Below, piece after piece: positions 1 through 13,430 of a stretch of DNA of 64,000 bases; position 1 is the stretch's first letter, and each line of letters starts with the position of its first letter. Both the position numbers and the translations under genes were made by a program. Origin of the DNA: Massalongia carnosa (lineage: Eukaryota). The notes under the pieces were generated by a model, which saw nothing but the letters and a program-made list of their open reading frames with translations, had not been told where the DNA came from and did not search any database. Location of the stretch: the NCBI GenBank assembly GCA_965645245.1, contig OZ287072.1, positions 2,170,001-2,234,000 on the forward strand, written 5' to 3'.

Positions 1-72
1 TCCTCCAAAATTCCCTGAATGGATATAAACATCTTACTCGCACGATCCCACACTCACCGCCCTCTCTTCTAG

Positions 73-720
73 GACCCACAAGCTAAAAAAGAGGAAGCCT
101 CTTCCTCTTCCGAAGAGTCGTCCTCCGATTCCTCGGAAGACGACGATCCTAATAAACCAGTCCTGACCCGCGAGCAACGCCGCGCCGCCGTCAAAGCTAA
201 AAAAGAGGCTGCAATCAAACGCAGAGCGCAAAAAGTTGCCAAACCCGGCGATCTCCCCTCGTCCTCAGAAGAAGAAGAGGACGAAGACGAGGACGAAGAA
301 GACTCCGACAATGCTCCCGCCAACCCCAACCACACCGCTAAATCCCGCTCTCAAGCCTCCGCCGCGCCCCTCGTCCCCAACGCTGATGCCGCTCCCGGCT
401 CCAAGCCGTCCAAATCGCAGACGCCCGCGTCGCAGCTATCCCGGCGCGAGCGCGAGGCGCTGCAGGCGCAGCAGGCCAAGGAGCGCTACCAGAAGCTACA
501 CGCCGAGGGCAAGACCGACGAGGCCAAGGCGGACCTGGCGCGGCTGAGCCTGATCCGAGAGAAGCGCGAGGTTGAGGCTGCGCGCAAGAAGGCGGAGAAG
601 GAGGAGCGGGAGGAGGCGGAGAAGGAGCGGGCGAAGGAGGCGGGCGAGCGGGAGCGGAAGAAGAAAGAGAGCGCTTTAGGGAGTGGAGCGGGCAAGGGTG
701 GTGGTAAACGAAGGGTTTGA
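73..720 (+). CDS. PP28 / PDAP1 (HASPP28)-like heat- and acid-stable phosphoprotein, last exon; 5' part lies upstream of the window
   Basis: After an acceptor (CTTCTAG ending at 72) an open frame runs to TGA at 718-720: [16 protein letters not shown]...PANPNHT...[53 protein letters not shown]...[15 protein letters not shown] is the PP28 signature. The ORF track misses it because the exon has no ATG. Confidence 0.85.
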   Translation, partial: DPQAKKEEASSSSEESSSDSSEDDDPNKPVLTREQRRAAVKAKKEAAIKRRAQKVAKPGDLPSSSEEEEDEDEDEEDSDNAPANPNHTAKSRSQASAAPLVPNADAAPGSKPSKSQTPASQLSRREREALQAQQAKERYQKLHAEGKTDEAKADLARLSLIREKREVEAARKKAEKEEREEAEKERAKEAGERERKKKESALGSGAGKGGGKRRV

Positions 721-894
721 AAGGGGGGTTGGAAAGAGGCGGAATCGCAAAATGGGTTGCCAGAAGGCACTGAATGTGTATCAGGAAGGTCATGGTATCA
801 TGAGTATTCTAAAGAATCAAACCCACGGTTTTCTTACTCTCTCCCTCGCCTTTCTTCACGACTTTCTTCTTTCCCCGTCTAAATTTCCCACCTC

Positions 895-2400
895 TTGCAT
901 CATATCATATCATATCGCATCATTCTCCCTCCCCCCGCGCGCCCCAGCCAAAAGTTGGTCCCCTCCAATTGCTCCAACCTCCTACCTACCTACCTACCTA
1001 GCTATCACCGTCACCGGCACCATACCTACCTCTTCTTTTCATCTGTCACAGAAATCAAATCCCGATCCTGATCCGAATGCGAATGCGAAAGCTTTTATCG
1101 TTCTTTTGAAGATACTTTAATTAGTTGTATGATTGAAAAATATTTTTCTAGTTTTTGGGAGGGGGGGGGGGTGTGGTTTGGCTGGTTTTTGAGTATGAGA
1201 GAGAGAGAGAGAGAGGAAGAGGATTAGGAAGGGGATAAGTAGGGAGATAGGGAGGGAGGGAAGAGATTAAACAAGGAAGGGAGGTAGATTCACATACAAA
1301 TTATGTCAAACTTCCAATGCTAACACCAAAAAAAAAAACAATCCAGTCCAGTCCAGTCCAGCGTTTCCTACACCTCACCACCTCATCACCTCATTCCTCA
1401 TTCCTCCCTCCCCCAAAAAAACAACCTTAAAAACCTAAAAGTGGTCGATACCTACCAAGTTCCAATAAACCTGTCAAACCCAACCCCCCTTCATCTCCCA
1501 TCAAAGTTATTTTCCCTTACCGGATCAGTTATTATTCTCTCCTCCATTATTGCCATCAGCAGTATTTAGTAGCAACGGTTATGTAAAGGGAACTTGTGAT
1601 TCTGGTCGTGTTTATTTCATTTCATGTGTTGGTTGTTTTGTTTTTTGTTTTGTTTTTGTTGTTGTTGTCTTTTATCTCTAAAAGGTGTGAAAGGGGGGGG
1701 AGGATGACGAGAGAGATGGATAGGATAGGGGCAAGGGGAAGTAGAAAGGGAAGAAGAGGAGCGATGATGATGATGACTTGAGAGTAGAGATGGTTGATAA
1801 ATGTTGTGGACGGACGGATAGATAGATAGATAGATAGAGATGTATTTCTACTGATGAGTATTTCATTCCCATCATTCAGTTCCTCATTTCTCGGTTCTTA
1901 TCCCTTCTCACATCCACTCCTCCCCTTCAGCCCTGCCAAGGTCCGGGATTTGTATGTATGGTTCAGTTGACTTGGTTGGGTGAATTGGAGAGATGTTGGA
2001 TAAAGAGGAATGGATGGATGGATGGATGGATAGAAATGAAGGAGGGAAGAAAGGAAGGACGTTGATCAAATCTTTTTGTCTTCTTTGGTTCTTGATCGTT
2101 GTTGTTGTTTTTTTTTGTGTTGACATACTCACTCGTTTGGTACTGGGTCTTTGTTTGCGATGTTGAGATTTGTTGCTTTGATTTATTTTTCTTTCGATGT
2201 ATCTATTCTGCTTCTTCTTCTTCTTCTTCAGCGGGAGGTGTCTACAGCACAGCATCACACAAAATAAGACCTGTTAAAATAAGGGAGATAAGAAATACAC
2301 AAAAAGAGAGAGAGAAAGAGAGAAAGTAAGCAGAAAACCAAAAAAACCCCCCTTACACACAACTCCCCCTTCCTCCACTCTGTAAGCCAAACACCTGAAT
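895..2400. repeat. Microsatellite / low-complexity intergenic tract
   Basis: (CCTA)n ~982, G-run ~1161, (GA)n ~1197, (CCAGT)n ~1343, (GATA)n ~1818, (GGAT)n ~2012, (CTT)n ~2211. ORFs here are compositional artefacts. Confidence 0.8.
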
Positions 2401-3336
2401 TATACAAATACAATCTCTCCCCTTACTGCCGTTTCGACTATCTTTCCCCGAGAGTTTCTTTTATACATAGCGACTCTGTCTTGTCAACAGAAGAAAAGAA
2501 AAATCCCGTTTACTGTGTATAGGCGTCTAGGTGCCGGAGTACATAGATGATGGATTAGGTGGGGAACAGGGATCTTTGTGGTGCTGGAATCTGAATTCTT
2601 GAGGATGATGATTATGATGACGACGACGAAAGGCTATGTCTCCCTCTTTCTCCACTTCTTGCCTAAATCTTCGGTCATCATTCTTCCTCGACCCTCGGCC
2701 TCCAGCGGCTGTCCACGAGCCAGCTATCACTTGGTTCTAGCATTACCTTTAGTTCTAGCCGAATTTCCCTTCATTATTGGCTTTTTTTCTCTTTCTTTTG
2801 TGATGGGAGGAGAGGAAGAAAATGTAAGCTATCTTGAAGTACGTGCTTCCAAAAGGGGTTGAGGAAAATAGTTGACGGATGAAGAGGGGTTTTGATGCTA
2901 TTTCAGGAGCCGTACGGGATTTGGTCGTTATCTGTGAGCGCGATTGAGATTCCGAGAGTTGAGGGGAGAGGGAAAAAGGCGAAGGGGAACATAGAAAACT
3001 GGTGCTTTTGGAGGGCTGTGGGGTTTATAGAAAGGGAATCGGATATAAAGGTGTTATCGAGACTTCCGGTTCTAGGTTTTTGGCAAAGGGAAGGGTCGGT
3101 GAAGGAGGGATGAGAGGGAGTACTTTAGGTTAGGGGTGGCGCTTCTGGACTTATGGGTGGGGTTTTGAGAGGGTGGAGGGAGTATGGAAACGGGAAAGGT
3201 TGTTTAAGGAGCTGCGTTGGATTTCTCGTCGGGAGCCTTTGGTGTTTATTGACTTCAGGGCACAGCGGGAAGGTAGGTCTCAAGTGTATATCTCCTCGAG
3301 GGAGTTTGGGCGAAGGATTGTGCGTGTGGATTGGTA

Positions 3337-4660
3337 CAAATCGGGTCTAGGAAGTCAGCAAACACTTCGCTTAATTTCCCCTCATCTAAATTCCCCCCTT
3401 ACTTCACCCCCCCCTTTCTACATCAATTTTCATCTGATCAACGAAATGCCTTCTAACCCAAGACGGCCAGACGTGAACACTCGTCTGAAACCATTGCTAT
3501 CGTTGTAGCCCTTCATGAAGTCCACTTATCCTATGCTGAAATAGCCCGTCAAGTTCGGCTGGCCCGTTCCACCGTAGTCACCATAGTTCATAGAGCTAAG
3601 AGACAAGCCGACGCCTCTTCCGTTCCCAAAAAACGTACTGGTCGGCCAACCAAGCTAAATGTCCGTGCCAGACGGGCATTGATTCGCCATGTTGAGAAAA
3701 ATCCACACGATAATTTGCTGGCCCTGACTACCCCTTCCAAATCGGGTCAAAAGCTCTCTCGCGTCACCGTACGAAAATATCTGAAGCTCGGTGGCTATTT
3801 CCGTTTCAGGGCTAGAAAAAAGCCGTTTCTATCAGCACGTCACAAAGCAATCAGGCTAAAATGGGGCAAGGAGCATAAGCATTGGACGGTAGAAGATTGG
3901 GGCCGAGTTATATGGACAGATGAAGCTACGTTTGAAACTGGTTTAGACACTCGCTCGTGCTACGTCACGAGACGAAAAGGCACGGCCATGGAGTCTAGAT
4001 ATCTGAAGCCTACATTCAAAAGCGGACGAAGCACTGTGGGCATCTGGGCTAGCATACGATTGGGTGAAAAAGGCCCTATGCTCGTTTTGAATAAGGGGAG
4101 ACGAATGAATTCAGATATCTACATTGACGAGGTGCTACGGCCTTTAGGGCTCTCGTTTTATGAAGCATGCTTGACTAGGCGAGGTTTGACGATCTGGATG
4201 GATGACGGAGCCAGCTATCATACTTCGAAAAAGGTGATTGATTGGGGAAGACGAAACGGGCTTTTACGCATGGATTGGCCACCTCAGTCACCCGATTTGA
4301 ATCCCATTGAGAATCTCTGGCGTATTATCAAAATACGGGTCAGTGCCCGTCGTCACCAAATCCATACAATTGAGGCCATGGAGCAGGCTATTCGGGAGGA
4401 ATGGGAGCTGTTGACTGAGGAGGACTTCAGACGGTGCATTGAGAGCATGCCTGAGCGTATTCGCTTTCTTATTAAGGCTAAAGGGGGTTCTATTAAATAC
4501 TGATAACTTAATCTTCTTCAGCATACAGTATTTGACGAAATATGTAGGTTTCAAAGCATCAAGTTGGAAATTGATTGATTGGGGTGATTTTCATCATTAG
4601 GGGTGAGGGGTAAAATGGGGGTGGAACGTGCGCTGTTCGGTCACTTCCTAGACCCGACTG
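3337..4660 (+). mobile_element. Tc1/mariner DNA transposon (DD34E), 1324 bp, TA target duplication
   Basis: TA at 3335-3336 and 4661-4662. Left end CAAATCGGGTCTAGGAAGT versus reverse complement of right end CAGTCGGGTCTAGGAAGT. Encloses a Tc1 transposase. Confidence 0.9.
3446..4503 (+). pseudogene. Tc1-family DD34E transposase with a 1-nt frameshift near the N-terminus
   Basis: Motifs WTDEATF, WMDDGASYH and WPPQSPDLNPIENLW (34 residues between D and E). The HTH region RREHSSETIAIVVALHE...YAEIARQV is in frame from ~3460, but ATG 3446 (MPSNP) is one base out of frame at ~3460. Confidence 0.85.
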
Positions 4661-6867
4661 TACGTGCGTATTGAAGAGGTCCTGGGAGGTTGAAAAGAAT
4701 CGAAGGTAGATAGCTGAACAAGTAAGGAAAAGAGTCTTGTTGGGGCATGTTGCTAAATATAAGATAAAAGCAACAAACCCCGTTTGGTTTTGAGGGAACC
4801 AGATTGGCCTGACGAAGCAAAGCTGATGTTTACATGCGATAACAGCGTGATAGAGGGTTTGGGGAGGGTTGGATGGCAGAGCAGGGAGAAACAAGGCTGA
4901 ATGAGATTCCAAGATATGGACCGGTGAGGGATATTGAAAATAAGAGGAAACATCAACTGATGCATGTCTCTATCTCGTTTGCGTCATATAAAAGGTACGG
5001 AATGCAAAACTAATGACAAGACATGTAATCATTACGCAAACACAATCCGAGGCAAACTATGTAACCCTGCGTGATACGCGTATCTGCTTGTAAATCAGAG
5101 AAACCCACCGATCGGGTTGACATTGTCTTTCTACGGTCAAAACTGCCCATCACAGGAGTTTGACGACATCAATGATTGAGGCTCAATAAGCTGCGTAGAC
5201 GCTGTAGGCCTTGGAGCCTAAAGTGCGGAGAGAAGGCTGGTACCTAGGCATGTTCTCCTACTCTAAATGATAGATGGGCGTCTCTCAAGTAGATGTTTCT
5301 AGAATCGAATCCTGATCCGGACTAGTCGAGTGGATATCCAAATAATGCCAAAGAAGGATACTGAACTGCTCTGCCTTGTTTGTAGGTTCAGAAGAACAAT
5401 GTCGAAGCCTCCACGATGGCTAGCCAAAGCAATTCACGCCAAGGCAAGATAGAGAATCCAAACAAGACCGCTAGTGGGGCAACATTGCCCATCACAAGGA
5501 GCCTCAAGATCTCACAAACAACACAAGTCATTCATCCCTCATGTCACCAAGCATCCAAGAACATGATGCTATCGATAATCAAACGATGCCAAGCTTCGTT
5601 GCCAATGTAACTAGTAGTCCAGAACGCATCTGAAAGGAGCGATGAGGCTTTTGCCAGGGTTATACAGTCGATCAGAGTCCAGGGCCACAGGACAGGGCAC
5701 ACGGGCTCTCTAAAAGCAAACAGTGCTCTAAGGTTGACCGACGAAACATCAACGCATGAGAAATAGACGCTGTGGAAAACTACCTGTAACCTGTCTCGAA
5801 ATTTTGGCCTCAAAAGCCGCGGCTTCTTGCATGAGGGACGAAAAGAGCAAACACATATAAGCCCCTTGTTACACAAGGCTCGTCCTAGTAGTTACCGCCA
5901 AAATGTCGCGAACGACCTCGACCTCGACCTCGTGCCCTATCATAGGCACGTAACCATAGCAGAGAGAAGAGACTGGTCCAATTCGAATCATTACTTGCCC
6001 CATCTCGTAAGGAGCGCGCCTAGGCTGACGGTAGGTACCCGTAACACGCCTGGCTGGGGTCTCGAGTACATCACTCCTCCCATAGAGAGATCTAACAAAC
6101 ATGAAGACGTTGCCAAGGTAGATCAGGTCAATGCGTATGAAGTGTATGAATGAAGAGCACTTGACATTAGAGTTAGTTTGCGTATCTGCGATGGGTTTTC
6201 TCCTTGGACAAGGTGTTGAGGGTCCACATACAGACACGTGATCGTCAATCTAAATCGAGGCGAGACAGAGATTCAGCCCTATGAAGAACTCGCTACGCTT
6301 CGAGTTTCGGGTTTAGCGCTGCCACCGGTGATTGGCGTCTAAAGCCCCTTTGGCGCTCTTACGACGCGAACTAAGCCCAATCGTGTAGTTTCTAGACCCT
6401 CTAACCTCTTAAGACAAGGGCGACAGCAGAAGCCATGCACCAAAAATACCCAAGACTTTGGTTGTTGGCATGAATTTTGAGCCTCTACCGACCTAGTGTT
6501 GGTGGAGGTATCAGCTTTCGCCGTGTCAGGTAGTAATATATTATCGGTATGGTGGAGGACATGCTGCGCCAGAGTCTAAACATAAAGTGACCATCTGATC
6601 GCCCCATCTCGTGCATGAGTCTTGCGACGCCTTCCCACAGATTTGGAAGTCCAATAATCGATTTGGCTAAAGCGTGGATGACTCTTCTACTGAGACACGA
6701 CGTAAACCTCGACCTACTGGAGGAGCGCTCTTTGATAGGCAGCGATTACAGTACGCAAACGGACACAAAATTGCTAAGCGTTAAGTGCGAACTTCGCCTT
6801 CATTTTTCTCTTGTCGGTATAAATACGTAGGAGAGGAATTGCATGAGAAGATCAACGAATTCTTCAA

Positions 6868-9800
6868 ATGGCGAGCATGGTGCGTACATCACGTGGTAGC
6901 GCGATGATGCTTTCGTTGATCTAATATGCTGACTGGTTTAGACCCCCCCCGATGCACACGTCAATCGCTTCGGCTTCACAGAGGTATACAAGCCGGGTCC
7001 AGCCAACGTGGACATTGTCTTCGTGCATGGCTTGAACGGAGATCCCCAAAGAACATGGACAAGCGAAGAGACGAGTGTTTTCTGGCCGGCCCAGTTGCTG
7101 CCACCTATACTCGAGGAAGAGAAAGCTCGGATAATGGTATATGGGTATGATGCAGATGTCACCTCGTTCACCGACGGCGTGTCGAGGGATAAGATACATA
7201 ATCATGCCGAGCATCTGGTTGCGGAGCTGGCAGCAAATCGACGGGTAGGTTTCCCCAAGCGTGGGCTGCCGCGTACGAGATGCTGTGAGGTTGCTAAGAT
7301 CGGTGCAGATACGCAAAGCCACGGAGCGCCCAATCATATTTGTTGCCCATTCACTAGGTGGTTTGGTTGTCAAACGAGTGAGTGGCTGGAAGACAGCTGT
7401 GGCGCTTGACGGGCTAACATGTTCGTTACAAGGCATTGATATATTCGTCCGAAATCCGTGGCCCCAAGACCGAGCATCTAAGATCGATTTTCGTGTCCAC
7501 CTACGGGATTCTATTCCTGGGGACCCCTCATAAAGGCGCAAACATAGCGAAATGGGGGTCGCGGCTGGAACGCATCTGTGGCGCGGTGTTGCCAAAGAAG
7601 GTGTTCGATAGTCAGTCGCACCTAATCGATGCCCTTAAAACCAACAATGAGACGCTTCAAAACATCGACCGACAGTTTGTCCAAATCATGAGTCGATACC
7701 ATATCTATTTCTTTCACGAAGCGAAACCAACCGACTTCAAAGGAACACTGGAATTCGTAAGTCCCTCAACGGTCTCGGCATGCATTGTAAAATGCTAAGA
7801 ACTAGCAGGTTGTGGATGAAGAGTCGGCTTCTCCCACCGTTCAAGACGTTGAACGAGCGGGCATCCAAGCCGATCACTCGCATATGTGCAAATTCAAAAA
7901 CGATACCGCACCTGGCTTTGATCTAGTGGCAGAGGGAATTCAGCGGTATGCGGATGACGCCCCAAGCACCATCAAAAGTCGCTGGGAAGCCGAGATCGAG
8001 GAACGCTTCGTGCGGGGGAGGGCAGAATTGGCCGAGACGGCCAAGCTTTATCCTGGTTTGTCGCCATCGCAATGGTATTTACCCAAGCTGACTAACGTTC
8101 CCGTGGAATAGATACCGCCAAGGGCACGCCACACACCGAGTCGACCAATACATCAGCTGGTAAGTCAGGAATGTACACGGCCGCTCCACCGCGGGCGTTG
8201 CCGGCTCCCGAGGTGCAATCCCCAGGTTTTGACGCACGTTCCCGGTTTGAAGGGAACTATGAGGTTGAGGAAGTAGATAAAGAAGTGGAGATGGCATGAT
8301 GTGTGGGATTGTGGCAATGAACGTCATATTCGGTTATGGCGCCATGTTTCCGTTGAGCAGCACAGGCGTTTTGCAGAATATCGTCTCCTTGTTTGATTTG
8401 CTGATTTTTTTCTTCTTCGTAGGTAATTCAACAACAAATCTCTTCATAAAACCTTCTCCAGTGCTTTCCGACCCCAATGTCGCAGCCGGCGCTGTGGGTA
8501 TTGAAGTCCCCCCAAAATCCGCAGAACCTTATTTTATCGTTCCTCCCGGCTTTCGTGCAAACACGTTTTTTGTTGGCATGGAAAAGGAGCTGCAAGAGCT
8601 CGACAGAAGACTGTTTGATCGACGGCGTCGCGATGGCACTGCTTGTGTCTTGATCCACGGCCAGCCTGGCGGCGGAAAGTCGCACTTGGCTCGCCAATAT
8701 GTGAACAAGAATCGGAAAAAATTCCAAGGGGGCATATTTTGGATCATTGCAAAGTTCAGAGAGGAAAGATTGCAAGCTTATTGGAACATACATCAAAAGG
8801 TGGTCGCAAGGGAATCGCCGGAGCTTTGCGCCAGCGTCAATGGAAACGAGAATACCTTTGTGGAAAGCGTCAAAACTTGGTTCGAGTCGAGGCAGGAATG
8901 GCTGATTGTTTTCGATGGGGTGGTGGTTGACAAGGATGCCGATGCGACTGAACTGCAAAGTTTCGTGCCGGACAGCAGAAACTCCAGCATCATCTACATC
9001 TCCCGCGCCAAAAACCTTGAATCGAAGCAGAGGCTTCTCAGGCCCTTTCCCATCAAGGTCTCGCCTTTAAAGGAGGAGGATGCTCGAAAGCTGTTGTTCA
9101 AAGAGCTACATATTAGGAAGCCCACGGAAGCGGAGACCAAGAACGCTACAGAATTAGTGAGGAAAATAGGCGGACTTCCTCTGGCGATTGACGCCATCAG
9201 CCATCGTCTTGCGGATACACATGAACCTCTTGCCAAGTACAACATGAAGTCTTACTCGGCAGACCCGAAGATGGGAGGGACGTATAACAAGATTCTCGAT
9301 GATTTGCAGCGACTTGGCCACATAGAAGCGTGGAATTTAATCCACATACTTTGCTTTTATGGACAGCATATTCCATTCGAGATGGTGCATCTAGGTCTCA
9401 AATCTCTTCGGTCCTACCCGGTGGAAGTCAAGTCTTGTGAAGATGGGGGAAAGGCGGATATCGACACCACGTTTGGGATTTTGATGAGATACGCCTTGAT
9501 CGAGAGAAACGAACCGGATGACAAAGCCTCCATGTCTTCAAGTCGTGATAGCTTGGTAGACCCCGAGCCGATCGACATGCTGAAGATGCATAGTGTGGTC
9601 CAAAAGTTCTGCTGCGATTCACTCAACGCCCAGAGGTTACTTCCCACATGGCTAGGATATGCCGCGAGGCTGTTCTCCTACTCCTTCAAACAAGCAGACA
9701 TCAAAATCAAGCAAAGACCGGAACCCGGTCGCATTTCAGATTATCGCTATTACCTAGTCCACGGCCAACGGCTTTGGGACCATTCACAAGCGTACGAAAG

Positions 9801-11829
9801 CAGAAATCAGCGGTTGGCCAGCGTTCGTGAAGTGCTAAGCCCAGTCCTGGCAGAAATCAACGACGAGATTCAGTTCCGAGAACCCAGCTCTTCGCAAGAG
9901 AGTGTCAATCGAGGAATCTTCCAAATCTCGATTTTTGATCGCACCAGCAGCAGCTCCGAATCCGGTCCGTCGCTCCACGAAGCTCGGACTCCAGATCATC
10001 GACCGACGCCGTTGCCCATGCCGAACCAGAATCTATACGGCATGGATCTTGACAAGCCTTCCATCGACTCTCCGGGAAGCTTTCGTACGTTGTCTCCGAT
10101 TGAGCCTAGAATTGTTGCCAACAGCCCCAGTGTTAAAATGCCACCATATTATCAGGACCCTGGATACGAAAGCGACCGGGAAGGACTTTATCAGTCGCAG
10201 ATGATGCAAAAGAACCCATCCGACCTAACCGCACGGCCTCCCTCCAGCAAAGAAAATCATGGCGCAGGTTGGCAAGTAGTCCCTCCCACCAAGAAACCAC
10301 GGAAGGGCCGTGACCTTGGAAGCTTCCGGCCTACACCAGCGAAAGCTCAGGTAAACCGAATGCCCGCGATAGGCTCGGTGGCTCGGCCTGCGCAGGAACG
10401 GGGAGAGCGGTTGAGGCCTTCTGTGGATGCGTTTGCGTCCTTGCGCGAGGTCAACTATCGGAGTCCACCACGATCCAGCCAAGGAGGAGTGTCTTTCTGG
10501 CAGCGAGGACCTTCGCCAAAACAACAGCCCCTCAAACCCACGTATGCAGGTATTGCTGCGCGAAAGCCCCTACAACCCGGCCCTCGCCCTGGCGCCTCCG
10601 AACCTCTCACGTCTTCCAACGTCATGGAACGTGCCACTTCTGAAGAAAGTCTTCGCGGCCGGCAAGGCAACGCAGATCAATCACCGTTAGCTACTGAATT
10701 CTTCCCTCATCGAGGAAGCGCTGGCTCTATTCCACAACAGAGCTCCAACTTCACCACTCGTCCCCTCGGCGAATCACACATAGATGACAGCAGCCATTCC
10801 TCCCGCGACCAACAATATATCCTCCCACCCGCAGGTTCTTTCCTTTCCGACCCATCCCGTCCCCGCTACATGACCGAAAACCTCAATCCCAGCCACTCCT
10901 CTTCCCACACCCGAGGCCGCAATCCAGCCCCGCTACCCCTAGACCGAGACATACAGGTAACACCCACCGCCCGTCCCTTCCTCTTCGACTTCGAGAGCCC
11001 GCGCCACTCCCCTCCTTACCCATCCACCCGTCCCCCGTCCCGCTCTCCACGCAGCCAACCCCACGTTCCCTATCAATCCGGCATCACCTCTTCCACCTCC
11101 AACTCCCCGTTCCCGACGGGCTACTACTCGCAACCGATGTCGCGCCATGAATCTCATAACTCGCACAATTCAGTCGCCGAGACGGAACCGTTGCACCAAC
11201 ATCATCCGAGCGCCAGCTTCTCCCCCCCGCCCCCACCAGTCCCGCCCTTCGCCTCCCCCCGTGACCGGGACGGCCGTCCTCTCCCAAAATCCCCCAAGAC
11301 GACCGATTACGCCTCCGCCACGCACGAAATCTCCGGCGCGGGCGGCTGGGCCTATCCATCCTCAGTGTCCCCGCCTGTCATGGCGAGGCCAATGTACTCA
11401 GATGCCGTGGCGGGCGGAGGCATGTCGCGATCGAGTTCCGGGCCGGGCATCGCGGTCGAGGGGGGGTTGGGGATCGTGCAGGTGGATGGTGTGGTGCAGT
11501 TTGGGGAGCACGACCCAGTCCGTGTGGAGGATGCCCGACGGCGGGCGTGGGAGTGGGAGGAGCAGCTGAAGCGCCAGAGGGCGGAGCGGGACTGGCGGGC
11601 TGAGCGAGCGGATGGGATCGATAGGGATGGTGGCGAAAGAGATGGGGAGAGGGGCAGGAGAGGGGAATGGGAGAGCGAGGGGGGGAGAGGGAGAACGAGG
11701 CTGAGGGAGCAGGAGCGGAAGGGACAGGGAGAGGGCAGCGGGAGCGGGAGTCGCAGCCTGAGACCATACCCGAACGTCAACCTCATCCCCACCTTTACCG
11801 ATCCGGTCAAGATGTCGGACCTGCTATGA
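6868..11829 (+). CDS. NLR-like protein: alpha/beta-hydrolase (DUF676/PGAP1/SesB-like) + NB-ARC + long low-complexity C-terminus
   Basis: Approximate exons 6868-6879, 6942-7244, 7309-7377, 7433-7756, 7809-8055, 8112-8159 and 8423-11829 with GT..AG introns. Hydrolase motifs VDIVFVHGLNG, VAHSLGGLVVK, GILFLGTPHKG, ADHSHMCKF. NB-ARC Walker A GQPGGGKS, Walker B WLIVFDGV, GGLPLAI, MHSVVQ. Confidence 0.88.
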
Positions 11830-11987
11830 ACGCCCACGTGGGAGATTTACTTATCTAATCATAATTGCACATTTTCTCTTTCTCGTTTTTCGTTTCTTCG
11901 TTTGTCGTCTCTTGCATCTTTTACCAACTTCTATTTGCGAAAAGGAGAAAAAGTCAATATGTGGGGAATTTTGTATTTATACAATAT

Positions 11988-12019
<32 letters not shown>

Positions 12020-13430
12020 GGGCCTATCTAAAGTACGGAGCGATCCTCTGGCGAAGAATAACGATAGCCGATATACCAAGGAACAGGAGAGGAAAGAAAA
12101 AAGCACTAGAACGGAACTAAGAAAAATATCCCAAAAATAATATTCCAGAAAAAAACCCAGTTTTACTAAAACAAGTACCTGTTATTCTCTTATTTATTTA
12201 ATCTATCTTATTAAACTCAAACTTATAGCCCCGAACCGGTCTCAGGCAAAAGGGCGAGAGAAAACTCAGGAGGAGAAAACGTTGAGGAGGGGAAAGAAGA
12301 AGAATTGTAAAGCTGATTGGGGAATAACATGTATTACCCTCCTTTTTTTTAAAAAAAAAAAACAGAAATTTATTCCTGCATTGATTGATTTTCTCTCTCT
12401 CTACGCTTACTTTTGCCATTTCATCATCAACCGCTCTCCCTGAGTTACTTCCGTTTTTTTCCCCCCCCATATACCTCTCCGTTTCGCTCTTCGTGAATTT
12501 CTTTTTGCTTCGCTTCTCGATTTCGCCTTTTCTTGCCTTCCTAGCTGCTTCTCTTATCTATGTATCTACTACCTTACAACTTCACCAAATCTAGCTACAT
12601 ACATACCCGGCCTTGCTCCCCCTACATCCCGCTTCCTCCTCATCCTCCTCCTCCTCCTCCTCCTCCTCCTCTTTCCCGCAACTCCGTCCCTCTTGCTCCT
12701 TCATATGTGGTGCTTTTTTTCTCCCGCCGAAATCCATTTCGCTGCTCGCCGGGGAAAGGTAGTCAGGACTTGAGATGGGGGTTTCGATGGGCGTAGATAC
12801 CTGGTCGGTCTTGTTTCTTCGGGGTCTTGCGTGCATGTGGCTGGAAATTGGAGGGAGGGAATTGGGGGGTTTTTTAATGGGAGAGAGGACCGGGGGGGAG
12901 GGGAGGGGATGTTCATGGTTATGGTTCTTTTCTAGAGTGAATCACAGGGAAATGGCACACCTTCTTTAGTTTATGTACATATTTCTGTTCTCCTTTCCCT
13001 CCCCTTCAAGAACCCCAAAATTCCGGCATATCTTCTCATCTCATTTTAGCTGGCTAGTTATATAATCACACGGCCTTTCAAGCTGCTCAGTGCCCGTAAA
13101 ACTATTCATTGCCTAAATAGTTCAGGCCTCCCCCCCCCTCAAGAATTCTCCTTCCGGATCCTGGTTCCAGGGTTATGTTGCTCTTTGGGAGGTAGGGAGT
13201 GAGTGGATGTTGTGGTGATTTATGTGGAGGGGAGGGTTAGTCGCTTACTTGATATGTATAATAGAAGAGAAGAAAAGTAGGAGGAAAAAAAGGAGAAAGG
13301 GGGAAGGAGGGAGAAGGGGACGGAAGAGAGGAAAGGAACAATTACTTCCTTCCTACTTGATAGAAGAATTTCCTCACCCTTTACTAACAAAAAAAAGGAT
13401 TTCTTGTCAATTTTCTATTTTTGCTCTATT

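Noticed and set aside
2400..4750. Possible minus-strand gene interrupted by the DD34E element
   Set aside because: Joining the flanks gives only a ~55-codon frame and stop-ridden continuations with no recognisable motif.
8296..8422. ORF-track start MMCGIVAMNV... as the N-terminus of a separate 1177-aa gene
   Set aside because: This stretch contains a branch point, pyrimidine tract and acceptor that splice in frame from the hydrolase exons, so it is better read as intron or 3'UTR.
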